From positions 1,651 through 17,269 of the forward strand of contig JAYODI010000105.1 of the NCBI GenBank assembly GCA_038279365.1: 15,619 nucleotides of DNA. Reading direction: 5' to 3'. A program made the position numbers and the translations under genes. Positions 1 through 8,694 of the stretch are shown here, one piece after another. How positions within the stretch are numbered: position 1 is the stretch's first letter; every line of letters starts with the position of its first letter. The DNA is from Candidatus Latescibacterota bacterium (GTDB taxonomy: Bacteria > Latescibacterota > UBA2968). The notes under the pieces are model-generated. The model was not told the origin of the DNA. It saw nothing but the letters and a program-made list of their open reading frames with translations, and did no database searches.

Positions 1-32
1 TTTCCCCTTTCTTTCGCCTTTAAGAGGTTCCC

Positions 33-1118
33 ATGCAACCCGATCTACCCAAAACCATGCCCGCCATCATATGCCATGCCCCCGAAGATTATCGCCTCGA
101 AGAACACCCCGTGCCCCAAATCGGCCCCGGTGAAGTTTTGTTGCGCATCCAATCGGTTGGCATTTGTGCCAGTGACCTCAAATGTTACTTAGGTGCCCCG
201 CTCTTTTGGGGCGACAAACATCGCGAAGGATATTGTCAAGCCCCCATCATTCCCGGTCACGAATTTGTTGGCGAAGTGGTTGCCCTTGGCCAAGGTGCAG
301 ATGAAAAATATGGCCTCCAATTGGGCGACATGGCCGTCTCTGAACAAATCGTGCCTTGTGGCCAATGTCGCTATTGTCAGCGCGGTCAATATTGGATGTG
401 TGCCGTACACGACATCTATGGTTTTCGCAAAGCCACCTTTGGAGCCATGGCCCAATATTGCCGCTTACCCGCCAAAGCATTAAACTACCGCGTGCCTCAT
501 TCTGTCAAGACCGAACATGCCGCTTTTGTTGAACCCTTGGCCTGTGCCATTCATGCCGTGGAACGCGGCAACATTCAACTCAATCACACAGTCGTCATTG
601 CAGGTGCGGGCCCCTTGGGCTTGGGCATGATTGCTGCAGCGCGCATGAAAAACCCCGAACTCCTCATTGCCTTAGACCTCGACGACAACCGACTCAAAAT
701 TGCCAAAGCTTGTGGCGCAGACCTCTGTCTCAACCCCAGCAAATTAGACGTCATTTATGAAGTCAAAAAACTCACCGAAGGATATGGGTGTGATGTGTAC
801 ATTGAAGCCACCGGACACCCTGCCGCCGTTGAACAAGGCCTCCATATGATTTGCAAACTCGGCACCTTTGTCGAATTCAGCGTCATGCGTGAGCCCGTCA
901 CCACCGATTGGACCATCATTGGCGACACCAAAGAACTCAACATCCACGGCGCACATTTAAGCCCACATTGTTACCCCACTGCCATTCGCATGTTGGAACA
1001 AGGCCTGTTGCCCATGGATCAAATCATCACGCACCAACTGCCACTCGAAGACTTTCAAACAGGCATTGATCTGGTTGCCAGTGCCAAAGACTCCATCAAA
1101 GTTACGCTGAAACCGTAA
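33..1118 (+). CDS. eltD: Zn-dependent medium-chain dehydrogenase, erythritol/L-threitol dehydrogenase (EltD)-like polyol dehydrogenase
   Basis: Catalytic Zn motifs GICASD and GHEF, structural Zn cluster CGQCRYCQRGQYWMC, Rossmann GAGPLG with an acidic residue after the next strand (LDLD, NAD preference). Segments ICASDLKCY, FWGD, SEQIVPC and DWTIIGDTKEL match my recollection of M. smegmatis EltD. RBS-like AAGAGG at 22-27. The family call is firm; the substrate and symbol are less so. Confidence 0.85.
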   Translation: MQPDLPKTMPAIICHAPEDYRLEEHPVPQIGPGEVLLRIQSVGICASDLKCYLGAPLFWGDKHREGYCQAPIIPGHEFVGEVVALGQGADEKYGLQLGDMAVSEQIVPCGQCRYCQRGQYWMCAVHDIYGFRKATFGAMAQYCRLPAKALNYRVPHSVKTEHAAFVEPLACAIHAVERGNIQLNHTVVIAGAGPLGLGMIAAARMKNPELLIALDLDDNRLKIAKACGADLCLNPSKLDVIYEVKKLTEGYGCDVYIEATGHPAAVEQGLHMICKLGTFVEFSVMREPVTTDWTIIGDTKELNIHGAHLSPHCYPTAIRMLEQGLLPMDQIITHQLPLEDFQTGIDLVASAKDSIKVTLKP

Positions 1119-1245
1119 AATTAACGAATAGACGAATCAGCGACAAAACTTCGCGAAACCGCTCAAATGTGTTGCCCGCTTCGAATCATCGATGCACAGT
1201 TTCACTGGTGGCGTTAAAAAAAACATTCTTGAATGGACCTTTACG

Positions 1246-2121
1246 ATGTCATTTAAAGGCTATCACCTCGGCTGTCCTATTTGGAGCAACAAAGACTGGG
1301 TCGGCACCCTCTTTTCAGCCGATGCCAAACAAAAAGACTTTCTCTCCCAATATGCCTCTGTCTTCAACACCGTTGAAGGCAACACCACCTTTTATGGTTT
1401 GCCCACCGAAAAAACCATGGCACGCTGGTTAGACGAAACCCCTGAAGGTTTCAAATTTTCTCTCAAATTCCCCCGTACCATCAGCCACGACAAACACCTC
1501 AAAAACGTCGAAGCAGAAACCGACGCCTTTTTACATGTTCTCGACACACTCAAAGACCGCATTGGCCCCTCTTTTTTACAACTCCCCCCCACATTTGGCC
1601 CAAACAACCTCGACACACTCAACAATTATCTCGGCGCACTGCCCTATACCTTCCCATACGCCGTCGAAATGCGCCACCCCGCATTCTTCTCCCACGCAGA
1701 AGATGCCCTCAACACCATTCTCGAAACGCATCATGCAGACCGCGTCGTTTTTGACACCCGTGGTTTACACAACGCCCAAACCAACGACCCCGCCGGCATC
1801 GAAGCCCAGCGCAAAAAACCCAAAGTGCCCGTGCGTTTTATCGCCACAGGGCCCAACCCCTTCATGCGCTTTGTTGGCCATCCCACCGTCGAAGAAAACC
1901 TCTCCCTCCTCTCCGAATGGGCTCCAATTGTTGCCCAATGGATACAAGAAGGCCGCACCCCCTACATCTTCATGCACGCCCCAAACGACCTCTACGCCCC
2001 CCAACTCGCCCGTCATTTCCACAACCTACTCAGCGACCATATAGACGCAGGCGAAATGCCATCATGGCCCGCGAATCAAATTCAAAAACCTCAAGAACCC
2101 AGCCAAATGACGCTCTTTTAA
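1246..2121 (+). CDS. DUF72 (YecE-like) TIM-barrel protein
   Basis: Typical DUF72 motifs: GCPIWS...W, YASVFNTVEGNTTFY, TPEGFKFSLKFPRTISH, FLQLPP, AVEMRHP, FMHAP. Start placed at ATG 1246 (MSFKGYHLG), where the family N-terminus begins; the ORF track's 1192 start is an upstream alternative. Confidence 0.9.
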   Translation: MSFKGYHLGCPIWSNKDWVGTLFSADAKQKDFLSQYASVFNTVEGNTTFYGLPTEKTMARWLDETPEGFKFSLKFPRTISHDKHLKNVEAETDAFLHVLDTLKDRIGPSFLQLPPTFGPNNLDTLNNYLGALPYTFPYAVEMRHPAFFSHAEDALNTILETHHADRVVFDTRGLHNAQTNDPAGIEAQRKKPKVPVRFIATGPNPFMRFVGHPTVEENLSLLSEWAPIVAQWIQEGRTPYIFMHAPNDLYAPQLARHFHNLLSDHIDAGEMPSWPANQIQKPQEPSQMTLF

Positions 2122-2133
2122 AAAGGTTACCCC

Positions 2134-3522
2134 ATGCAAACCCGCCGACACTTCCTCGCCACAGTCGCAAAAGGCACCGCCGGAGCCCTCGCCACCAGTG
2201 CCCTCCCACTCAACACCTTTGCCCAGGAACGACCGCCCAACATCCTCTTTATCTCTGTAGACGACCTCAACGATTGGATCGGTTGCTTAGGGGGCCACCC
2301 CGACACCCTCACCCCCAACATCGACCGCTTGGCCAACCAAAGCACGCTCTTTACCCGCGCCTATTGCAATGCCCCATCTTGCAACCCCTCGCGCGCCAGC
2401 CTCATGACCGGCCTTCGCCCCTCAACCACAGGTGTCTACACCAACCGCAATCCATTCCGTTGGGCCCGCCCCAACGCCATCACCATGGGCCAACAGTTTC
2501 AAAAGCATGGCTATCACGTCTTGGGCCGAGGCAAAATCTTCCACGGGCGCTACCCCGACCCACCCACTTGGAACGAATACATTGGCAAAGGTGGCGACCC
2601 CTCGCCTCCCAATCACCCAGCCAACGGCATTCCCAAAACCGGCCACTTCGACTGGTCACCCTTAGACATACCCGACGAAGACATGGACGATACCAAAGTC
2701 GCCCACTGGACCGCCCAACAACTCCAAAAAGACCACAGCAAACCCTTCTTTCTCGCCTGTGGCCTTTTCCGCCCGCATCTACCGTGGTATGCCCCCCAAA
2801 AATACTTCGACAAATTCTCGCCCAACCAAATCACCCTCCCCAACATCAACGAACACGACTTAGACGACATTCCCGAAGCCGGCCGGAAAATGGCCCGCCA
2901 ACGCGACCATAACAACGTCATGAAAACCGACAACTGGCGCAAAGCCGTTGCCGCCTACCTGGCCTGCATCAACTTCACCGACACCAACGTAGGCCATGTG
3001 CTCAATGCGCTTCACAACGGCCCAAACGCCCAAAACACCATCATTGTCTTTTGGGGCGACCACGGCTGGCACCTCGGTGAAAAACTCCACTGGCGCAAAT
3101 TCGCCCTATGGGAAGAAGCCACACGTGTCCCCTTCATGATTTCGACACCCGGCCAAACAGGTGCAACATGCAACCGCACCGTCAGTCTCATAGACCTCTA
3201 CCCCACACTCTCAGATCTGTGCAACATCCCCATACGCCCAGAACTTGAAGGCAACAACCTGCGCCCGCTCTTAAACAATCCCAACACCCAATGGAATCAC
3301 CCCGTAATCACCACATATGGCCACCAAAACCACAGCATCCGCTCCGAACGCTATCGCTACATTCGTTATCGCGATGGCTCTGAAGAACTCTATGATCACA
3401 ACAACGATGCACTCGAATGGACCAACCTCGCATCCAACAAAAAATTTGCAGACATCATTGCCGAACACCAACAATGGTTGCCCAAAATCAATACCCCCGA
3501 AAGCAAACGCGATACAAATTAA
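2134..3522 (+). CDS. Tat-exported formylglycine-dependent sulfatase (S1; iduronate-2-sulfatase/choline-sulfatase-like)
   Basis: Twin-arginine signal TRRHFL followed by a hydrophobic stretch ending TFA. Motifs PNILFISVDDL, FGly motif CNPSRASLMTG, GKIFH, RPHLP, GDHGWHLGEK...K, EELYD. RBS-like AAAGG upstream. Confidence 0.93.
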   Translation: MQTRRHFLATVAKGTAGALATSALPLNTFAQERPPNILFISVDDLNDWIGCLGGHPDTLTPNIDRLANQSTLFTRAYCNAPSCNPSRASLMTGLRPSTTGVYTNRNPFRWARPNAITMGQQFQKHGYHVLGRGKIFHGRYPDPPTWNEYIGKGGDPSPPNHPANGIPKTGHFDWSPLDIPDEDMDDTKVAHWTAQQLQKDHSKPFFLACGLFRPHLPWYAPQKYFDKFSPNQITLPNINEHDLDDIPEAGRKMARQRDHNNVMKTDNWRKAVAAYLACINFTDTNVGHVLNALHNGPNAQNTIIVFWGDHGWHLGEKLHWRKFALWEEATRVPFMISTPGQTGATCNRTVSLIDLYPTLSDLCNIPIRPELEGNNLRPLLNNPNTQWNHPVITTYGHQNHSIRSERYRYIRYRDGSEELYDHNNDALEWTNLASNKKFADIIAEHQQWLPKINTPESKRDTN

Positions 3523-3654
3523 CATGGTATCTTACACGGTGTTGGCAAACTTTATAAAGAAGCCGTGGCCTATCACCACAAAAATGGCACCATATATGTC
3601 GGCGATGTCACCGCACATTTCTTTGACCGTTCATCAATCCACATATCCAAATAA
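3523..3654 (+). pseudogene. Possible coding remnant (43 codons), in frame directly after the sulfatase stop
   Basis: Open frame HGILHGVGKLYKEAVAYHHKNGTIYVGDVTAHFFDRSSIHISK* with no ATG. By hand count, G occurs at codon positions 1/2/3 15/6/1 times, a coding-like periodicity. Its TAA abuts the terminator hairpin. Confidence 0.35.
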
Positions 3655-3688
3655 AACAGCCCTGAAGCATATTTCTTCAGGGCTGTTT
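3654..3688. terminator. Probable bidirectional intrinsic terminator between convergent genes
   Basis: Perfect 14-bp inverted repeat AAACAGCCCTGAAG-catattt-CTTCAGGGCTGTTT with A/T-rich ends, lying between the convergent sulfatase and EEP genes. Confidence 0.8.
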
Positions 3689-3706
3689 CTATATCATCAC
3701 GCAAGC

Positions 3707-3720
3707 ATTCAGTATTCAGT
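3707..3720. repeat. Heptamer tandem (ATTCAGT)x2
   Basis: ATTCAGT ATTCAGT in the 3' region of the EEP gene; similar in scale to other intergenic heptamer tandems in this window. Confidence 0.4.
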
Positions 3721-3785
3721 TCACCTATTCCTACCCTTGGATATGAGATTGGTGCTGACTGCTCACATTCTCCCACACACCATAA

Positions 3786-4784
3786 TCAAAATTTCAACAC
3801 TGCCCACACCGGCACATGATCTGATGCAAAATTACCCCGCGTGATATAAGACAACTCATCACCTTGAAACCGAACACGCGACCGCGTGCCCACCACGGCC
3901 GATGCGCCAGTAAACACCCCACGATCAACCACATGATCTTTTAAATTTTGCGACACCAAAATCTGATCAAACAAAATCGCCTTTACCTTCACATCTTTCA
4001 TAAAATCATGTTCTTGCCCACGCCATTTGTTATTCTCTGCACGCGCACCCTCAACCACAGGATTAAAGGTGGGTTCTTTTAAATCATCATACAAATAATT
4101 ATATCCATAAGAACAATAATTCTTCTCCAACAATGACTCCGTCACGTTATATAAAAACGTATCGGGCTTCTCATCAATCCCACCCTTCACATCTGCAACA
4201 CCATATTCCAAAATATTCACCGACTGATCATCAGGGTTGTCATTAAAATCACCCATCAAAATCACAAGGTCTTGCTGGACCCTGCTGGTCAAAAACTGCA
4301 TCATCATCGTTGATGCCATCACCCGCCGGTCATCGGTTTCTCCACGCCCACCCGAGCGCGATTTGGCATGGTGAACCAACACGGTAAACAACTGTCCAAA
4401 ACCTTCTACTTGCGCCTCCAACAAATCGCGTTTGCGCGGAAAGGCTTTTTCATGCACCTCTTCAGGAAACACCATCTTCAACGACGCAATCGTCAAAGGA
4501 TGTCTCACCGCAATGGCAAGCTCTTGTAACTCTTCTTCGTCATCCAAAATCCCGATCTCATAATTATCGGGCAAAATATTGGCCAATGCCGCACGCGACT
4601 GAATCTCCTGAAACCCAATGATATCGGCGTCTAATTCTCGAATCACCTGTTGCAAACGATCTCGTCTTTCATCAGAAATCGCATCATCCAACCAATAAAT
4701 ATTATACGTGGCCACCTTAATGGTTGAAGGCGGTGCGCCACACCCCATCAACAAAACCAAAACACAAAACCAACGCCATCTCAT
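3786..4784 (-). CDS. Endonuclease/exonuclease/phosphatase (EEP) family lipoprotein
   Basis: EEP motifs ATYNI, GFQEI, HHAKS, MGDFND, FDQI, SDH. N-terminus MRWRWFCVLVLLMGC looks like a signal peptide with a lipobox Cys. Strong SD GGAGGTGG (4787-4794) supports ATG 4784 rather than 4796. Confidence 0.88.
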   Translation of the reverse strand: MRWRWFCVLVLLMGCGAPPSTIKVATYNIYWLDDAISDERRDRLQQVIRELDADIIGFQEIQSRAALANILPDNYEIGILDDEEELQELAIAVRHPLTIASLKMVFPEEVHEKAFPRKRDLLEAQVEGFGQLFTVLVHHAKSRSGGRGETDDRRVMASTMMMQFLTSRVQQDLVILMGDFNDNPDDQSVNILEYGVADVKGGIDEKPDTFLYNVTESLLEKNYCSYGYNYLYDDLKEPTFNPVVEGARAENNKWRGQEHDFMKDVKVKAILFDQILVSQNLKDHVVDRGVFTGASAVVGTRSRVRFQGDELSYITRGNFASDHVPVWAVLKF

Positions 4785-4830
4785 ACCCACCTCCAACGCA
4801 TAACGTCACAAGAAACATCATGTATACCAT

Positions 4831-4863
4831 AAAGAAAAACGACGGTCCACACCGTCGCTTTTC
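4831..4863 (-). terminator. Intrinsic terminator downstream of smc
   Basis: Minus strand reads GAAAAG-CGACGGT-gtgg-ACCGTCG-TTTTTCTTT: a 7-bp GC-rich stem, 4-nt loop and U tract, about 40 nt after the smc stop. Confidence 0.8.
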
Positions 4864-4871
4864 CCACTCAT

Positions 4872-4889
4872 CCGTTTGCCATTTGCCGT
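4872..4889. repeat. Heptamer tandem CCGTTTG/CCATTTG (identical 18-mer also at 14436-14453)
   Basis: CCGTTTGCCATTTGCCGT occurs here and at 14436-14453. Confidence 0.75.
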
Positions 4890-4900
4890 CTTTTTAACTC

Positions 4901-7900
4901 TCAATCATCAGCAGACACATCTTCCGTCAACAATGCCACTTGTGCCGAATCGTCATCCGCCCCCATCTTCACCGACACCAATTTCGACACACCCGGCTCT
5001 TCCATCGTTACACCATGCAAAATATCACCGGCTTCCATCGTGCGTTTGTTGTGTGTCACAACAATAAATTGTGATTGCGCCGAAAACTTTTTCACCACAC
5101 GCACAAAACGATCCACATTGGCATCATCCAAAGGCGCATCAACCTCATCCAAAATACAAAATGGACTGGGCTTCACCTGATAAATAGCAAACAACAATGC
5201 AATGGCAGTCAGTGCGCGTTCGCCACCCGACAACAAATTGATGCTTTGCAAACGCTTTCCACCCGGCCGTGCCGAAATAATAATTGGTGCTTCCAATGGA
5301 TCCTCATCCACGGGCATGGTCAAATCGGCTTCACCACCATCAAAAAAATCTTGAAATGTATTGTGAAAGTTTTCACGAATACGACCAAAAGTATCCAAAA
5401 ACCGCTGACGCGCCGTGCGATCCACACGTGTAATGGTGCGTTGTAAGGTTTCTTCGGCTTCCATCAAATCGTCGCGTTGTTTGCACAGAAAATCATATCG
5501 CTCTTTTTGTACGTCATATTCTTCCAACGCCGCCAAATTCACAGACCCCATACGCCGCAAACGATCTTGCAGTTCAATCACCTTTTTATCGGTCATATCG
5601 GCATTAAATTCAGGATCGCTCAATGCACCCAAAGCCGTCACATCCACATCATAATCGCGCTGAATGCGTTCAACAAGCGCGTTGCCACGCTCTTTCATAC
5701 GTGTCAATTCAAGCTCGAGCTTATTGAGCTTTTCACGATGTTGTGTCACGCGACGGTTCTTCTCCCGTAACTCTTCTTCAAGGGCCCGTGTGCCCATCAT
5801 CAACTCGTGTTGGTGTTGGGCTTGCTGGTCGCGCTTTTGTTCAACCTCGGTTTGCACGCGGTGTAAACTTTCCAACTCGCCCGACGCCGTGCGAATGTTC
5901 TCATCCAACACACCCTTGCGTTTGCCACTTTCTTCGCGTTCACCCGTCAACCGCTCCATTTCACGGCTAATAGATGTTTGCTCTTGTGCCAACCGCTGCG
6001 CCTCTTGGCGCAAGCGTTCAACCCGTTCCCGAATAGAAGCAATCTCCACACGCCGTGCAGCAACGGTGTCTTGATGTGTCCGGCGTTGCTGTTCTTGTTC
6101 GCGCAACACATCATCGGCCTGACGCACCTCGTCTTCCAATGCTTCACGACGCATATCGTGTTCGGCAATCGCGCGTTCACTTTCGGCAACCAAATGGTTC
6201 AACTCCGCTTCACGCGTAGCCAATTGGGCCGTTTCATTTTCAAGTTCCGTTACGGATTGTGCCTGTCGGCGTGCTTCTTGTTCTGCATTTTGTCGGTCGC
6301 GTTGTAACCCTGCACAGCGGTTTTGCAACTCGGCCAAAACCTTGTTATCGGCCTCAATTTGGGCCACCAATTCATTATAAGATTCAACGGCTTGCCGAAT
6401 ATCGTGTTCCAACACGTCCAAACGCTGCCGACCTTCCGCAATGCCGGCTTCCATTTTTTCAATCTGTTGCATCCGCCCAATCAAACCCGATTCCGAATCG
6501 GCATCGGCACCACCATAAACCGTGCCATCAGCGGCAAACACTTCGCCATTGAGCGTCACCACATCCACATGAACAGCACGCATAGCAGAACTCACCTGAA
6601 GTGCCGTTTGAATATCTTTAACAATTAATGTGCGTCGCAACAATGCCCGCACAGCGCCCGTGGCATCACGAGCCCCCACAATCAAATCAGATGCCCGACC
6701 AATCACACCCTCACCCAAGGGCGCCACCCAAGGTGTGCCAGATCCTTGGGCTACACGTTCAAGTGGTAAAAAAGCCGCCGAACCATGGCCCCCATCACGC
6801 AAATAGGCAATGGCATCGCGTGCCACATCGGTGCCATCAACCACCAAACATTCCAAAGCCTGCCCCAAAGCCCCTTCAATGGCCACCACATGATCGGCAT
6901 GCACATCAATCAAATCGGCCACCACGCCCTTAATGCGGGGGGCAAAAGGCGAGTCAACGGCCAAAGCGCGCACACCCTTTGAATATCCTTCAAAACCTTC
7001 ACGCAATTTTTGCAGCAAGGCAATTTGTGCTTCGTCCGACTCTATGCGAGCACGTAGGCGATTGCGTTCTTCCACCTGTTCATCACGCAACACTTGTACA
7101 CGGGCACGTTCATCAATTCGGCTCTGACGTTGTTCCGTTCGGTCTATAATTTCTGCCTCAAGCGTTGTCATCTGTTCAATGGCGCGTTTGGCAACCTGAT
7201 TGGCCTCTAATTGTCGAGCCGTTACGCGCTCAACATCTTCGTGTAACCGAGCCTGACGACTCAGCACCCCTTCACGATCAGCATGTAACCGTTCCAGTTG
7301 TCGCCCACGCTCACTGCTTTCGCGCAAAAGCCCCATCAACTGAGACTTTTGTTCATTTACACGTGCACGTCGGGCATCCAAGTCTTCGGTTAAAGAAGCC
7401 AACACAGCTGATTCTTCCTCTAAGGCCTGCTCGCCCATTGTCAGCTTCTCAACAGCCTCACGGCCACCTTGTTCTGCCGTTTCTTGCCCTTGACGCGCAT
7501 CATTTAACCGCACACCCAAATCTTCCTGCTGGCGATCTGCGCGATCAATAAACGCATCCAAACTGCGCAATTCTTCGCGTGCAATCAAAATTTCACGGTC
7601 TTTGTGATGCACCAAATCAACTTGGCGAGACACCTCAGCATTGGCCGCAGCCAATGCCTGTTCCTGATCGGTTAATTCGGCACGTGCTTCTTCCAAACGC
7701 GCTTCAAGCTTGGTAATATCTACTTCGACAACACCAACATCTTCTTTTAAAAAATTCATTTCATCAACCATCGGCTTGGCCAAATCGGCCATCGAAAAAT
7801 ACCGATAGCGCGCCAACAACACTTCAAGCGCATGCAATTCATCCGAAACTGTTTTATAAAGCCGTGCTTTGCGTTCTTGGCGTTGAAGCGATGAGACTTG

Positions 7901-8500
7901 GCGCTCAACCTCACCAATAATGTCATCAATGCGTTGCAAGTCCTGTTGCACAGCCAACAAACGATTCCATGCCGATCTGCGGCGAATTTTGTAGCGTGTC
8001 ACACCTGCCGCTTCTTCAAAAATATGTCGGCGCTCATCGGCATTGTCGCTAATAATTTCGTCTACCATGCCTTGTGAAATCACATAAGACGACTGTGCGC
8101 CCAAGCCTGTATCCATCAATAAGTTCTGAATATCTTTGAGTCGGCAAGGGATTTTGTTTAACAAATAATCACTTTCACCCGACCGAAACAGCCGTCGGGT
8201 AATGGTGACTTCGGCAAAGTCAGTGGGCAATTGCTTTAACGAATTATCCAGCGTAATAGACACCTCAGACATGCCCAACGGTTTGCGCGTGCGTGTGCCC
8301 GAAAAAATCACATCCCCCATACTGCCACTGCGCAAAGAACGCGGGCGCTGTTCACCCAATGCCCAGCGCAACGCATCAACCACATTGGACTTACCACATC
8401 CATTGGGCCCCACAACACACGTAACGCCCTTTTGAAACGGCATATCAAGCTTCTGAGCAAACGACTTAAAACCCAGGGCTTGGAGACGAGTTAAATGCAA
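4901..8500 (-). CDS. smc: Chromosome segregation protein SMC
   Basis: 1199 aa. N-terminal GFKSF and Walker A GPNGCGKSN, long coiled coils, central hinge with GEVFAADGTVYGG (GX6GX3GG), LGxVN-like MGSVNLAA, signature LSGGE, Walker B/D-loop ILDEVDAPLD, and VTH. TTG start with SD GGAGGA at 8507-8512. Confidence 0.98.
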   Translation of the reverse strand: MHLTRLQALGFKSFAQKLDMPFQKGVTCVVGPNGCGKSNVVDALRWALGEQRPRSLRSGSMGDVIFSGTRTRKPLGMSEVSITLDNSLKQLPTDFAEVTITRRLFRSGESDYLLNKIPCRLKDIQNLLMDTGLGAQSSYVISQGMVDEIISDNADERRHIFEEAAGVTRYKIRRRSAWNRLLAVQQDLQRIDDIIGEVERQVSSLQRQERKARLYKTVSDELHALEVLLARYRYFSMADLAKPMVDEMNFLKEDVGVVEVDITKLEARLEEARAELTDQEQALAAANAEVSRQVDLVHHKDREILIAREELRSLDAFIDRADRQQEDLGVRLNDARQGQETAEQGGREAVEKLTMGEQALEEESAVLASLTEDLDARRARVNEQKSQLMGLLRESSERGRQLERLHADREGVLSRQARLHEDVERVTARQLEANQVAKRAIEQMTTLEAEIIDRTEQRQSRIDERARVQVLRDEQVEERNRLRARIESDEAQIALLQKLREGFEGYSKGVRALAVDSPFAPRIKGVVADLIDVHADHVVAIEGALGQALECLVVDGTDVARDAIAYLRDGGHGSAAFLPLERVAQGSGTPWVAPLGEGVIGRASDLIVGARDATGAVRALLRRTLIVKDIQTALQVSSAMRAVHVDVVTLNGEVFAADGTVYGGADADSESGLIGRMQQIEKMEAGIAEGRQRLDVLEHDIRQAVESYNELVAQIEADNKVLAELQNRCAGLQRDRQNAEQEARRQAQSVTELENETAQLATREAELNHLVAESERAIAEHDMRREALEDEVRQADDVLREQEQQRRTHQDTVAARRVEIASIRERVERLRQEAQRLAQEQTSISREMERLTGEREESGKRKGVLDENIRTASGELESLHRVQTEVEQKRDQQAQHQHELMMGTRALEEELREKNRRVTQHREKLNKLELELTRMKERGNALVERIQRDYDVDVTALGALSDPEFNADMTDKKVIELQDRLRRMGSVNLAALEEYDVQKERYDFLCKQRDDLMEAEETLQRTITRVDRTARQRFLDTFGRIRENFHNTFQDFFDGGEADLTMPVDEDPLEAPIIISARPGGKRLQSINLLSGGERALTAIALLFAIYQVKPSPFCILDEVDAPLDDANVDRFVRVVKKFSAQSQFIVVTHNKRTMEAGDILHGVTMEEPGVSKLVSVKMGADDDSAQVALLTEDVSADD

Positions 8501-8589
8501 CGCGTATCCTCCAAAACATCTATAAAATTTTTAAAATAAAAGTCAAAGTGGAAATGAAAAAGGAGAGAACATCCATATCTTTTATTGTC

Positions 8590-8621
8590 GCAACAACTTG
8601 GGAAGTTTTGCAACAACTGGG
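8590..8621. repeat. Direct repeat GCAACAACT(T)GGG with 20-bp period in the predicted smc leader
   Basis: GCAACAACT at 8590-8598 and 8610-8618, each followed by (T)GGG. Confidence 0.55.
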
Positions 8622-8647
8622 TGTAGAAAACATTTATGTGAGGCACA

Positions 8648-8676
8648 ATAATATGATAGATGGTATTTTGCGTCAA
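8648..8676 (-). promoter_or_regulatory. Sigma70-type promoter for smc
   Basis: Minus strand TTGACG (8676-8671), 17 nt, TATTAT (8653-8648); 5/6 match to consensus in both boxes. Confidence 0.7.
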
Positions 8677-8694
8677 GAAAGAACACGGCAACGC

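Noticed and set aside
1917..2912. 331-aa alternative-frame ORF spanning the DUF72 and sulfatase genes
   Set aside because: Pro/Arg/His-rich low-complexity shadow frame, expected when real codons end mostly in C and stops are depleted in the shifted frame.
3317..3844. 175-aa (+) ORF and 67-aa (-) ORF at 3573-3776 crossing the convergent intergenic region
   Set aside because: Both run through the terminator hairpin and have no recognisable motifs; the longer one also overlaps both real genes.
5361..5378. TTGTGAA-AGTT-TTCACGA, one mismatch from a Rex operator consensus
   Set aside because: It lies inside smc coding sequence about 580 bp from the next start, with a terminator in between. It is likely chance and does not match the parS consensus either.
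3786..8500. smc followed by a nuclease-fold gene as a Wadjet- or Lamassu-like defence system
   Set aside because: This is a canonical hinge-containing housekeeping SMC. An intrinsic terminator separates the genes, the EEP protein is predicted to be exported, and no kleisin/KITE or JetD-like genes are present. The absence of scpA/scpB next to smc is common.
8517..8546. Second smc promoter starting TTGACT
   Set aside because: There is no acceptable -10 hexamer at 16-18 nt spacing, and the start site would fall on the SD.
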